Shown: positions 13,534 to 36,200 of the stretch, piece by piece
Numbering within the stretch: the first letter of the stretch is position 1
Layout: each line of letters begins with the position of its first letter
Notes under the pieces: model-generated
Database searches by the model: none
What the model was told of the DNA's origin: nothing
What the model saw: the letters and a program-made list of their open reading frames with translations, nothing else
Position numbers and translations under genes: made by a program
Source: Macrostomum lignano
Taxonomy: Eukaryota
Length of the DNA: 64,000 nucleotides
Direction: 5' to 3'
Assembly: GCA_002269645.1 (NCBI GenBank)
Contig: NIVC01000514.1
Location: 124,001-188,000 of the forward strand

Positions 13534-15324
13534 CTAGTTTTCTGGCATCCCCTTCTTGTCGCCCAGCTCCACCTCGCTGCAGTCCGGCGTGCCCGAGCTG
13601 CTGCCCATCGGTGGCGCGGGCCTCACGCGGATGATGTTGCTGGAGCTTCGCTGCCCCCCGGTCTTGGTGATCAGGTTGTACAGCAGCTCGACGAGCTCGC
13701 ACAGGCTCAGCAGGCTGCAGCCGAGGTAGATGCCCGCAGTGCCGCCAATGTCGGCGATGAACGTCTGCAGAGAGTAGCCGGGCGACAGCCGGATCTGCGA
13801 GCTGCGCGACTGCTGGCTGCGCAGCGTCACCTCCAGGCCCGAGCGGGAGAAGAACTTGCTGGCCAGACCTTCTGCAGCAGAGATGTCAGGCTCTTCTATT
13901 ATAAGGCGGTAAATTATATTGGAATATATTGCACTCCAAGCGGGTCTCGATACATAGGGAGAGCCATCCAATATGGGCTTCATGATGCCCGTAACAACCC
14001 GGATCTGCCCGTTCTCGTTGGGCCAGTTCGCGCTGGAGGTGCTGGTCTCGTACTTCCGTGACACGCACAGCTGCCTGCTCTGGCACAGCTGCTGGAAGTC
14101 GCTCAGCGCGGCCGTGTCAGCTGTGAACGCCTGCAGGAGGTTCGACTCGATCTGAGACTCGTTCAGGCCGCTCGCATTCAGGCAGAAGCGCAGGTGCCTG
14201 AACTGCCACGGCAGCGGGTTCACGTACGGACTGCAGCCGCCGTTCACAGACAGCTGCCGAGCGAACTCTGAGAAGTAGCAGAAGCTGTTGCTGTAGCCGA
14301 ACGCGTACGCCGAGCCGTCGTACGGATTGACGAACTGCACGTCAGGAGCCTCCGTCAGGCAGCGTCCGCCGTACGCCTCGGGCTCCTTCTTGATGCTCTG
14401 CATGCTGAGCCCGATGCTGTAGGACCTGCCGGGAGCGAGTAGGAAGTTGGTCACGAACCTGCTCGGGTACTCGCCTCGAGGAGGCAGGTACAGCCTCATT
14501 CCCATCGGCCTGTCGATCTCGTAGGGCGAGTCCAGGTCCCAGTCGTACACGAGTATTTGTATTTTGTTGTACAGCGGGACGGTCACGCTCATTACATGTG
14601 AATACACGCTGACATTCAATGCGTCATCAAAGTCGGTGAAGTGCGGATCCAGAATGAACTGGAAGCTGATCTCCGAGTTGACCTTGCTCAGCTCAGCGAG
14701 TCTCTGCTCAGTCAGCTCGACCTTGAGACACTTGAGGTGATTCGGGTGGTAGAAGGGTCTGAGGGAGACGCCCGACTTGCTGTCGTTCTTCAGTACCGTC
14801 TGCTGCTCCTTGTGAGCGAGATGGTCCACCAGCAAGCTGTACGACATTGACTGGATGGCGGACTTCAGTCTGTACAGCTTCATCTGCTCGATTTGAGACT
14901 CGGTGGCGTTCGCGAGCGACGAGTTGAGCAGCCGCTGCAGCGCCAAGTCGAAGGTGGCGAGCGAGGCGGTCATCCTTGCGTTGATGTCGGTGACGACCTC
15001 GCTGGCGAGCGTGACGGAGTAGGTGCCCGACACCTGGACATTGTTGCAGAAGTACACGTCAGGAAACTGGAAGTCCACAGCCTCGGCCTCGTAGGAAGTG
15101 CTGACCTCGCCTCTGACGAGCTTGCTTGTGAAGCCGTGCATGCTGAAGGTGAACACAGCGAGCAGGCCCAGGAAGGCCAGCAGCCAGCAGAGCTTGATGT
15201 AGAGCGGCCTCTGGCCCGCCAGCCTGCTGAGCCCGTGGGCTGTGGTCTCGCTGGCAGCCGCGGCCAGGACCTGCGTCAGCAGCGCTCCGGTGCTGGGGGT
15301 CTCGTCCGTTGCGGCAGTTGGCAT
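13534..15324 (-). CDS. DEG/ENaC (ASIC/ENaC family) channel subunit, 596 aa, intronless
   Basis: N-terminal TTAHG (HG motif), TM1 LCWLLAFLGLLAVFTF, FPDVYFCN, Cys-rich thumb, TM2 FIADIGGTAGIYLGCSLLSLCELVELLY with GxS filter (GCS). Confidence 0.92.
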   Translation of the reverse strand: MPTAATDETPSTGALLTQVLAAAASETTAHGLSRLAGQRPLYIKLCWLLAFLGLLAVFTFSMHGFTSKLVRGEVSTSYEAEAVDFQFPDVYFCNNVQVSGTYSVTLASEVVTDINARMTASLATFDLALQRLLNSSLANATESQIEQMKLYRLKSAIQSMSYSLLVDHLAHKEQQTVLKNDSKSGVSLRPFYHPNHLKCLKVELTEQRLAELSKVNSEISFQFILDPHFTDFDDALNVSVYSHVMSVTVPLYNKIQILVYDWDLDSPYEIDRPMGMRLYLPPRGEYPSRFVTNFLLAPGRSYSIGLSMQSIKKEPEAYGGRCLTEAPDVQFVNPYDGSAYAFGYSNSFCYFSEFARQLSVNGGCSPYVNPLPWQFRHLRFCLNASGLNESQIESNLLQAFTADTAALSDFQQLCQSRQLCVSRKYETSTSSANWPNENGQIRVVTGIMKPILDGSPYVSRPAWSAIYSNIIYRLIIEEPDISAAEGLASKFFSRSGLEVTLRSQQSRSSQIRLSPGYSLQTFIADIGGTAGIYLGCSLLSLCELVELLYNLITKTGGQRSSSNIIRVRPAPPMGSSSGTPDCSEVELGDKKGMPEN

Positions 15325-15839
15325 CGCTTGAGCTCAGGCTGAGTTTCTCGCAGAAAGCAGCTGCCTGATGTAGCTTGATGTGGCCTAAATGTAGCAGGAA
15401 AGTTGTATTTGCGTTACCATGGCAACACATTCTCGGCTCAATGCTTCTGGTATAGGCTGGTCGCATCCCGAAATGCAATGTTGACCGATGCATTAGGGAC
15501 AGGACTCCTGGACAGTCAGCGCCAGGCATCAAAGTTCACTTCTCCAGCCCGCACGGCAGTGAGTTCTGAACGAGCAGCCACCTGCAGCAGTTCCTGAGTC
15601 AACACGATATAGTGGTGTTTGCTGACAGAAGAGCTCCTGCAGCTCGTGCCCTGTATATGATGATGAGCTTTTTACTACTGAAACTCGTTACGTATTCATG
15701 GCTAATGTGTGCTCGGGATGGCCACGAAGTTCTCAGTAGATAGCTCAGCCCTTTTTATGTAACTCGTTATCAATGATCCTTCGGTGAACCCGTGACACTC
15801 CAATCAACTCGTGATACTGACAGTGAACCCGTGCGTGAC

Positions 15840-16100
15840 ACTCCAGTGACCCAGTGAGGCTCCAATGACCCAGTGAGGCTCCGGTGACCCAGTGAGACTC
15901 GAATGACCCAGTAAGGCTTCAATGACCCAGTGAGGCTCCGGTGATCCAGTGAGGCTCCGGTGACCCAGTGAGGCTCCGGTGACCCAGTGAGGCTCCGGTG
16001 ACCCAGTGAGACTCCGGTGACCCAGTGAGGCTCCGGTGACCCAGTGAGACTCCAATGACCCAGTGAGACTCCGGTGACCCAGTGAGGCTCTGGCGTCCCA
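15840..16100. repeat. 19-bp tandem repeat (gacccagtgaggctccggt)
   Basis: Visible tandem units between the ENaC and iGluR-A starts. Confidence 0.9.
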
Positions 16101-16501
16101 GTAAAGCCTCAAAACATCCTCTTGTCCCACCAGAGTTATCATTCCCACCCGCAGCTTCCGAATCCCTCCCTACATTGGTATAGGGCTAATTAAGTAATGA
16201 GGTTGACTCTAAAGGTACGAGCGTAGATCATATGCCCAGAGGCACAGTCAAGCAGAGGTTTGAGACTCCGCATCCATAGGGCCATGGACTCAGGAAGCCA
16301 AGCCAAGAAATCAAACTGGCATATTCGAGTGTTCGCCCCGAGCTCCAGACAGCAGTCTACAGCCAGTAGGCAGCAAGTCTGGAAATCCCCACCTCGATTC
16401 CCACTGGGCGCCCCATTGGATCCCCCTGATTCCGGCCTGCATGGCTGCCCCCAGTCGCTCCAGTCCTGTGGAGCGAAATTCCGGGAGCTCCCAGTCCCCC
16501 A

Positions 16502-16502
<1 letters not shown>

Positions 16503-16579
<77 letters not shown>

Positions 16580-16592
16580 CTCTCTCTCTCTC
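16503..16592. repeat. (CT)n microsatellite upstream of the putative iGluR-A promoter
   Basis: About 90 bp of CT dinucleotide. Confidence 0.95.
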
Positions 16593-16852
16593 TCACCTTC
16601 GGGCCCACTTCGCTGCCCTCAGCCGAATAGTTTTCAGGGAAATTTCCCGCATTTTCCGCTCAGTTCCGGAGGTTGGTTGGGCGGGGGGGGGGGGCAAGCG
16701 GCGCCCAGGGAGCAAAAAATCCCCCAGCGCCGGGCGGAAGGGAAGCCGCCACTTCTTGTGCCACTCCTGGCCGGTCGCAAATTCGCTCGCCCACTTTTCT
16801 CCTCCTTGGCCCGGCCTGCGCACTTGCCCGGCCCGCCCGCAACAGGCGCCCG

Positions 16853-16924
16853 TATAAACAAGTGGCTCGGGTCTGGCCCAGGCAGGACCTTCCCCGCTCC
16901 TCACCGCTGCACTGCCAGGTAAGC
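16853..16924 (+). promoter_or_regulatory. Putative TATA box and short non-coding first exon of iGluR-A
   Basis: TATAAA at 16853-16858; strong donor CAG|GTAAGC at 16919; matching acceptor with CTGAC branch point at 17432 just before the ATG at 17434. Confidence 0.45.
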
Positions 16925-17433
16925 CGCCTACTCGTTTCCTAGAAATTGCAGCCAGGCCCCAGCGAATCTGGGCCATAAATCCCTACCGGCTTGGAACAGT
17001 CAGCTGGAGGCTCGGGAGTAACTTTCCGCCCGCTTAGGCTTGTTGCCGATCTGCGCTTGCCCGGGGATCTGGCTGTCGCTGCAGACTCCCCAATCCGGCA
17101 TCATTATCCTCCGGCTGCAGAAATCCCCATGCAGCCACGGGAACCGCGGGGGCCCGGTCCTCTTCTGTTATCTGCATGCACTTTGCCCAGTTGTTGGGAG
17201 CCTTCCGAATCCCCATCATGACTGGTCCCGGGGGCTCTCCTGCCCCCCCGTTCGCCCCCCCGCACAATCAGGCGAAGTCGCTGCGGGCTGCTCGCCCAGG
17301 CCGGCCCGATACTCCGCTGCTGCATTAATCCCCGGCGGGACTTGCCGCCGCACGCGAAAGCAAATCCTCCGATGCCGAATCCTCAGATATCCGGGCCTGA
17401 CGCAAATCCCAACTGACAACCGCTGCGGGCAGG

Positions 17434-28595
<11,162 letters not shown>

Positions 28596-28679
28596 GCGAC
28601 TCAACGGCCAATCCCGCCTGATTTGGACAGTCTTTGACTCCTAGCAACTGACTTTTGGCTCGCTAGGACTCATGAACTT

Positions 28680-29048
28680 TCGGGACTCTTCGGCTCTCAG
28701 TGCGTGACCAGGGAATTCACTGGGACTCTTCGGCTCTCAGTGCGTGACCAGGGAATTCACTGGGACTCTTCGGCTCTCAGTGCGTGACCAGGGAATTCAC
28801 TGGGACTCTTCGGCTCTCAGTGCGTGACCAGGGAATTCACTGGGACTCTTCGGCTCTCAGTGCGTGACCAGGGAATTCACTGGGACTCTTCGGCTCTCAG
28901 TGCGTGACCAGGGAATTCACTGGGACTCTTCGGCTCTCAGTGCGTGACCAGGGAATTCACTGGGACTCTTCGGCTCTCAGTGCGTGACCAGGGAATTCAC
29001 TGGGACTCTTCGGCTCTCAGTGCGTGACCAGGGAATTCACTGGGACTC
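28680..29048. repeat. 40-bp perfect tandem repeat (tgggactcttcggctctcagtgcgtgaccagggaattcac), about 9 copies, downstream of the iGluR-A stop
   Basis: Identical units with no spacers. Confidence 0.95.
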
Positions 29049-29249
29049 TGCTTGAAATGCGTGGCAAAGATTTGTTTAAAACAATCTCGCACATTGTCTG
29101 CCCAGCCATTGAATAATTAACCGCTGCTTTGACTGCGCAGATAAATCTGTAGCTTTGAGAAATCCAGACCCACCGCTGCTGCGTCTGCTCACATTTCTGG
29201 CTGAGAAGCGCGTCAGATGTTGTCTACTCTTTAATAACCAATCAAGGAT

Positions 29250-30990
29250 TTGATGGGAATGGGTGATGAGGAATGGGTGGTGGGGAATGGGTGATGGGAA
29301 TGGGTGATGGGGAATGGGTGGTGGGTGATGGGGAATGGGTGATGGGTGATGGGAATGGGTGATGGGGAATGGGTGGTGGGTGATGGGGAATGGTTGATGG
29401 GTGATGGGAATGGTTGATGGGGAATGGGTGGTGGGAATGGGTGGTGGGGAATGGGTGATGGGAATGGGTGATGGGGAATGGGTGGTGGGTGATGGGGAAT
29501 GGGTGATGGGTGATGGGAATGGGTGATGGGGAATGGGTGGTGGGAATGGGTGGTGGGGAATGGGTGATGGGAATGGGTGATGGGGAATGGGTGGTGGGTG
29601 ATGGGGAATGGGTGATGGGTGATGGGAATGGGTGATGGGGAATGGGTGGTGGGAATGGGTGGTGGGGAATGGGTGATGGGAATGGGTGATGAGGAATGGG
29701 TGGTGGGGAATGGGTGATGGGAATGGGTGATGGGGAATGGGTGGTGGGTGATGGGGAATGGGTGATGGGTGATGGGAATGGGTGATGGGGAATGGGTGGT
29801 GGGAATGGGTGATGGGAATGGGTGATGGGGAATGGGTGGTGGGTGATGGGGAATGGGTGATGGGTGATGGGAATGGGTGATGGGGAATGGGTGGTGGGAA
29901 TGGGTGGTGGGAATGGGTGATGGGGAATGGGTGATGGGGAATGGGTGATGGGGAATGGGTGATGGGGAATGGGTGATGGGGAATGGGTGATGGGGAATGG
30001 GTGGTGGGTGATGGGGAATGGGTGATGGGTGATGGGAATGGGTGATGGGGAATGGGTGGTGGGAATGGGTGATGGGGAATGGGTGATGGGGAATGGGTGA
30101 TGGGGAATGGGTGATGGGGAATGGGTGATGGGTGATGGGTGATGGGAATGGGTGATGGGGAATGGGTGGTGGGAATGGGTGGTGGGAATGGGTGATGGGG
30201 AATGGGTGATGGGGAATGGGTGATGGGGAATGGGTGATGGGGAATGGGTGGTGGGTGATGGGGAATGGGTGATGGGTGATGGGAATGGGTGATGGGGAAT
30301 GGGTGATGGGGAATGGGTGGTGGGGAATTGGTGATGGGGAATGGGTGGTGGGAATGGGTGGTGGGAATGGGTGATGGGGAATGGGTGATGGGGAATGGGT
30401 GGTGGGGAATGGGTGGTGGGGAATGGGTGATGGGGAATGGGTGGTGGGTGATGGGGAATGGGTGATGGGTGATGGGAATGGGTGATGGGGAATGGGTGAT
30501 GGGGAATGGGTGGTGGGGAATGGGTGGTGGGGAATGGGTGATGGGAATGGGTGATGGGAATGGGTGATGGGCGATGGGGAATGGGTGATGGGTGATGGGG
30601 AATGGGTGATGGGTGATGGGAATGGGTGATGGGGAATGGGTGGTGGGTGATGGGGAATGGGTGATGGGTGATGGGAATGGGTGATGGGGAATGGGTGATG
30701 GGGAATGGGTGGTGGGGAATGGGTGATGGGGAATGGGTGATGGGAATGGGTGATGGGAATGGGTGATGGGCGATGGGGAATGGGTGATGGGTGATGGGGA
30801 ATGGGTGATGGGTGATGGGAATGGGTGATGGGGAATGGGTGATGGGGAATCGGTGTTGAGGAATCGGTGATGAGAAATCAGTGATGGGGAATCGGTGATA
30901 GGGAATCGGTGATAGGGAATCAGTGATGGGGAATCAGTGATGGGGAATCAGTGATGGGGAATCAGTGATGGGGAATCAGTGATGGGGAAT
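29250..30990. repeat. G-rich satellite (GGGAATGGGTGATG variants), dense G-quadruplex motif
   Basis: Continuous GGG runs separated by 2-5 nt over about 1.7 kb. Confidence 0.95.
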
Positions 30991-31423
30991 CGGTGATAGG
31001 GATCGCAATAAGTGATGGGGAACGGGTCCTGGTCAATCCATCCGTGGCCCAGAAGCGGCCCGCATTCCCAGTACCTGCCGACTGCCATTAGAGTATTCAA
31101 ACAAAGGGCAGCTCGCGGTCCTCTGAAACTCATTTGTCTCCCCCCATCAGAGCCGTGGAAAATTCCGTCACCGGTTGCTGTCAGCCGGAGAGGCACTCCG
31201 CCGCTCATGCGGGAGTCGGGGCGCCCGCCAGCAATTAACGCAAAATGCATTTGCTCAGGCGCCCGGTGGGCTATAAACATTGGGGAGCGGCTAATGGCTT
31301 CTGGCCAAGGAGTTCTGGGCCTGCAGTCTGGGGTTGGGGAACTCCTGCGAAACCTCATTGCCACTAATTAGGGTAGGGGCAGGAGAGGGCACCTGCCCCC
31401 TGCCATAGCGATCGGCGCTTAAA

Positions 31424-32111
31424 CAAGGACTGCTCAAGTACAAAGGACGAGAAACTACATTTCTGAGAAAAGTTCAGGAGGCCGGTTTTCACCGAGAAAC
31501 GCACTACGGAGATAGGAAGTTTTCATTTTTTCAGCACAAAAATTGTAATTCATTCGATAGGAGGCAGGCTTAACGTTTACATTTTGATATGTTGTTCCTT
31601 TCTTATAGCTCTATTAATATTTGTAAAGCTTTTCGTTCAGAAAATTAAAATTCTGTGTCATTTTTTTATTCTACGTACATCTCCTCTACCTAAAAATCAT
31701 AAAAATGCATGGCACAGAACGAATCTTTGGTTTTTTCAATCTATCTCATCATATTTTGTTACACATATTTGCTACACAGCCAGCTAAAAATGATAAAATC
31801 GACTCATAAAACCAAAGAGCCGAGCCGTGCCATTTTAACGGTTTTTAGGCACAGGACATGGGCAATAAAAAATTAACATAGAATCCTGATTTTTTGAACG
31901 AGAAGCTTTATGAATATTGATAGAGCAATAAGAAAGACACAGAATATCAAGAGATGAACTTTGGGTCTGCCTACTATCAAAAGCAATAACAATTTTTGTG
32001 CTGAAAAAATAAACATGTCCTATCTCCGTGGGGTCTTTTTCGGCGAAAACCAGCCTCCTTAACATTTTCTTAGAAACGTAGTTTCCCGTCTTTCTACTTG
32101 AGCAGTCCTTG
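31424..32111. mobile_element. Foldback/MITE-like element with about 290-bp imperfect inverted arms
   Basis: caaggactgctcaagta at 31424 mirrored by tacttgagcagtccttg ending at 32111; inverted similarity continues inward to about 31715/31822. Confidence 0.65.
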
Positions 32112-32709
32112 CGCCTAAACTGCAGTGGACGAGCCATCCAGGGAAGGTCAAAGGGGGGTCAGTTGCCCCCCAGGTGAAAATGAGTGGTCATGTGGCGCTA
32201 CAGCCAGCCTCCTCCAGCAGAACCGCTCGGCTCCGCTCATCGGCGGCTGAATCGGAGTTTTCAAACTGCTCAGAGGAGTCGGGGCGGATTAGTTTTCCTT
32301 GTGCCAGCCCGCAGTTAAGAAAGCATTGCTGCGCGCCTCCTGCCCAGCCCCTTGATATTCCATATCCCATCCATCCTCCCGTGAGCTCAGGGTGAGTCAA
32401 GAGCCTGCTTGGGTATCTAAGAGGAACTGGCTACCTGAGATCCCAGGGGCTTCCCCCTGAGCCAGGGAGGCCTGAACTAGCATCTGGACTGGAAGCTCCT
32501 CCTCAGTACCCGCATTTCAGGCGCCCTCTGAAATGAGGAATCCGCTGTGGGGCGGAGCGTGTGCTCACCCGGAACATCTTGTGTTTACATTTTTACTATC
32601 AAAATTAAAAACATCGAGATTATTGACTTTTTCGTACAATTGAAAACGGCATTTAACAATTCATGTAAAATGTAATAAATATTGCATCCTGTCGTACATT
32701 CCATTCCAT

Positions 32710-32835
32710 TCCGTGACGCAGAGACTCCGTGACGCAGAGACTCCGTGACGCAGAGACTCCGTGACGCAGAGACTCCGTGACGCAGAGACTCCGTGACGCA
32801 GAGACTCCGTGACGCAGAGACTCCGTGACGCAGAG
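32710..32835. repeat. 16-bp tandem repeat (ccgtgacgcagagact)
   Basis: Visible units. Confidence 0.9.
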
Positions 32836-33068
32836 ACTCGGCCCTCTCGAGTCTGAGGATGAGCTTTTAAGGAGAGCCCTACTCCAGACTCTGCTCCCAG
32901 ATCTCCTTGACCCAGCGCGCTCCCCTATCCGCCAGCATCTCTGCCGGGTGACAGGTGCATCCATAATTTATCCCAATGGGATAATAATCCGCGTCCCAGC
33001 CCCAGTCAATAGGAAAAATTCCCAGATCCCCCCCCCCCGATCTCCAGTCCGGCGCCACCGGCCAGGCC

Positions 33069-33075
33069 TATAAAA
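33069..33075 (+). promoter_or_regulatory. Putative TATA box of iGluR-B
   Basis: TATAAAA about 130 nt upstream of the ATG at 33206. Confidence 0.45.
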
Positions 33076-33205
33076 CTGGCTGCGCTGAGCTGGGGCTCAC
33101 TGACTCTGAGCTCACTGACTCTGTGCTCACCGACTCTGAGCTCACTGACTCTGTGCTCACCGACTCTGAGCTCACTGACTCGCCACCGCCCTGCACCGAG
33201 ACGTC

Positions 33206-36200
33206 ATGAGCTGCCGACTGCTGACGCTGCTGCTGCTCGCCTGCTGCTGCTGCCTGGCCGCATCCCAGGCCGGAGCGGCCGACCTTGAGAACCGAGAGCT
33301 CCGCGTTGTCACCATCACGGTGAGCTGGGAGACCCTCAATGCTGGATTGCGTATTGAGTCTGGGTTAACGGTTGCCAAATCCCAGAGTCCAGAACATCTC
33401 AGAATTATAGTGTCAGGGCGTTTATTCCCCGTAGGCCCATTAACTATTAATACTGAGCCCTGAACCCTGAACCCTGTATGTACCCTAAATCCTTAACCCT
33501 GAACTCTGAACCCTAAACCCTAAACGCTGAAGCCTTGAATCTTGAAATCTGAACCCTGGACCCTAGACCCTAGACCCTAGACCCTAGACCCTGGGCCCTG
33601 GATCCTGAAATCTGAACCCTGGACCCTGAACCCTGAAGTCTGAACACTGAACCCTGGACCTTGAACTCTAAACCCTGAACCCTGAACCCTGGACCCTAGA
33701 CCCTGGACCCTGGACCCTGGACCCTGGACCCTGAACCCTGGACCCTTGGTTTGAAGAGTAAAGGTTTTCAAAGGTTTCAAGGTTTCAAACCAAAGCTGAA
33801 CCCTGAACCCTGTACCCTGAACCCTGAAACCTGTACCCTGGACCCTGTACCTTAAATCCTGAACCCTGAACCCTGTACCCTGTACCCTGAACCCTGGACC
33901 CTGGACCCTGGACCCTGGACCCAACCCTGAACCCTGAACCCTGAACCCTGAATCCTGAAATCCGAACCCTGAACCCTGGACCCTAGACCCTGAGCCCGGG
34001 AACCCTGAACCCGAACCCTGTATCCTGAACTCTAAACCCTGAACCCTGACCTGAGCCTTGAGCCCTTTGTATTGAACCCTGGTCCAGTCCCCAACTGTGA
34101 ACCCTAAAATCTTAATTCGAACACTGTAAACTAAACCTAAGCGCTAGCCACGCCCCATCCGATAAACGCTACGTGCAGCAAAAGCCCTTCGTGATGCGGG
34201 TGGAAGGCTCGGAACCGGTCAGATACGTGGGCTTCTACATCGACCTGCTGAACCTCCTGCAGCGGGAGCTGAAATTTCGCTACCGAATCTACGAGGTAGC
34301 CGACAGCAGGTTCGGATCCCGCTCGCCGAAGGGGGTCTGGAACGGCCTGATGGGCGACATCGTGAACAAGGTGGGTGATGGAAGTAAGAGAAGATGCGAA
34401 CGATGCGAGTCTGTGACCGCAGCGGGGTTCGGTTGGAGTGTTTTATCAAGTTGATCGACTTTGAGTTTAGAGGAAAATTCTGCTCAAGTCTGGCGTGCGA
34501 GTCACTGGGTGACAGTCTGTGTGAGCCACTCGGTGACAGTCTGTGTGAGTCACTCGGTGACAGTCCGTGTGAGTCACTGGGTGACAGTCCGTGTGAGCCA
34601 CTCGGTGACAGTCTGTGTGAGCCACTCGGTGACAGTCTGTGTGAGTCACTCGGTGACAGTCTGTGTGAGTCACTGGGTGACAGTCTGTGTGAGTCACTCG
34701 GTGACAGTCTGTGTGAGTCACTCGGCGACAGTCTGTGTGAGTCACTCGGTGACAGTCCGTGTGAGTCACTGGGTGACAGTCCGTGTGAGCCACTCGGTGA
34801 CAGTCTGTGTGAGCCACTCGGTGACAGTCTGTGTGAGTCACTCGGTGACAGTCTGTGTGAGTCACTGGGTGACAGTCTGTGTGAGTCACTCGGTGACAGT
34901 CTGTGTGAGTCACTCGGTGACAGTCTGTGTGAGTCACTGGGTGACAGTCTGTGTGAGTCACTCGGTGACAGTCTGTGTGAGTCACTGGGTGACAGTCTGT
35001 GTGAGTCACTCGGTGACAGTCTGTGTGAGTCACTCGGTGACAGTCTGTGTGAGTCACTCGGCGACAGTCTGTGTGAGTCACTGGGTGACAGTCCGTGTGA
35101 GCCACTCGGTGACAGTCTGTGTGAGCCACTCGGTGACAGTCTGTGTGGATCACGGGGTGACAGTCTGTGTGAGTCACTCGGTGACAGTCTGTGTGAGCCA
35201 CTCGGTGACAGTCTGTGTGAGCCACTCGGTGACAGTCTGTGTGAGTCACTCGGTGACAGTCTGTGTGAGTCACTGGGTGACAGTCTGTGTGAGTCACTCG
35301 GTGACAGTCTGTGTGAGTCACTGGGTGACAGTCTGTGTGAGTCACTGGGTGACAGTCTGTGTGAGTCACTCGGTGACAGTCTGTGTGAGTCACTCGGCGA
35401 CAGTCTGTGAGTCACTGGGTGACAGTCTGTGTGAGTCACTGGGTCACAGAAGCCAGCCACCTGTCCCGCAGACGGCAGACCTGACCCTGGCCACTCTGCG
35501 CATCATGCCCAAAAGGCTGGAAGCCGTGGACTTCACGCTGCCGGTCTCCTCCTCGGGCCTGTCGCTGCTGTACAAGGAGGCGGCCTCGCAGACCTTGCAG
35601 ACCTCGCAGGCCGCCCTGCTGCTGCAGCCGTTCGCCGCCTCGGTGAGTTCTGCGGTTCACTGGACACTGACCGAATCACTCGGCCCTAGCTAGCTGTGAC
35701 TGGGGCCCCGATCAGCAGACAGGTGCCACCCAAAGGTCCTGCTATCTGGAAGTTTCCAAAGGTCCCGAAGGTCTCCTCACAGGCATTCAACATTGTGCAA
35801 AATCATCTTGTTTAACTTTCCCCATAGACCTGGGTGCTGCTACTGCTGCTGTACATCTTCTTCTTCCACCTTTTTCTCGCCTCCCGGAGTAGGTGGCACC
35901 CAAGTTTCCCGGACCCTTACTCGCCGCAAATTCTCTCATGTCTCGCCATATTCGTCGTTGCCAGCCACCTCTTGCAATATCTGCCCTCTTTCCTCTTGCT
36001 TTTGTACATTCTCGCTACCATCCTCGGTGCTTCCTCATTCGTCGTTGGTCTCTCGCTTATCTGGTCGTTCGTTTCGCATCCCTTTCTGAGTCTTGCATAA
36101 TTTGATTTGCTTATCCATCTCTTGCAGCTGTTGCATTCTCTCCTGGTTCCCTCTACTCTGCCTCCTGTGCACCATTTCTCATGGTTTTTCCTCGTCGCTT

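Noticed and set aside
28680-29048. CRISPR-like regular 40-bp array
   Set aside because: Units are identical and contiguous with no unique spacers; eukaryotic context; no cas genes
28600-33200. Hidden ATD exons for iGluR-B
   Set aside because: Interval is repeats, a foldback element and non-coding sequence with no ATD-like peptide; the signal peptide is already in the S1 exon
34219-35693. 300-410 aa ORFs on both strands (HRLSPSDS, CESLGDSL, VTVCVSHS)
   Set aside because: 24-bp intronic repeat of iGluR-B
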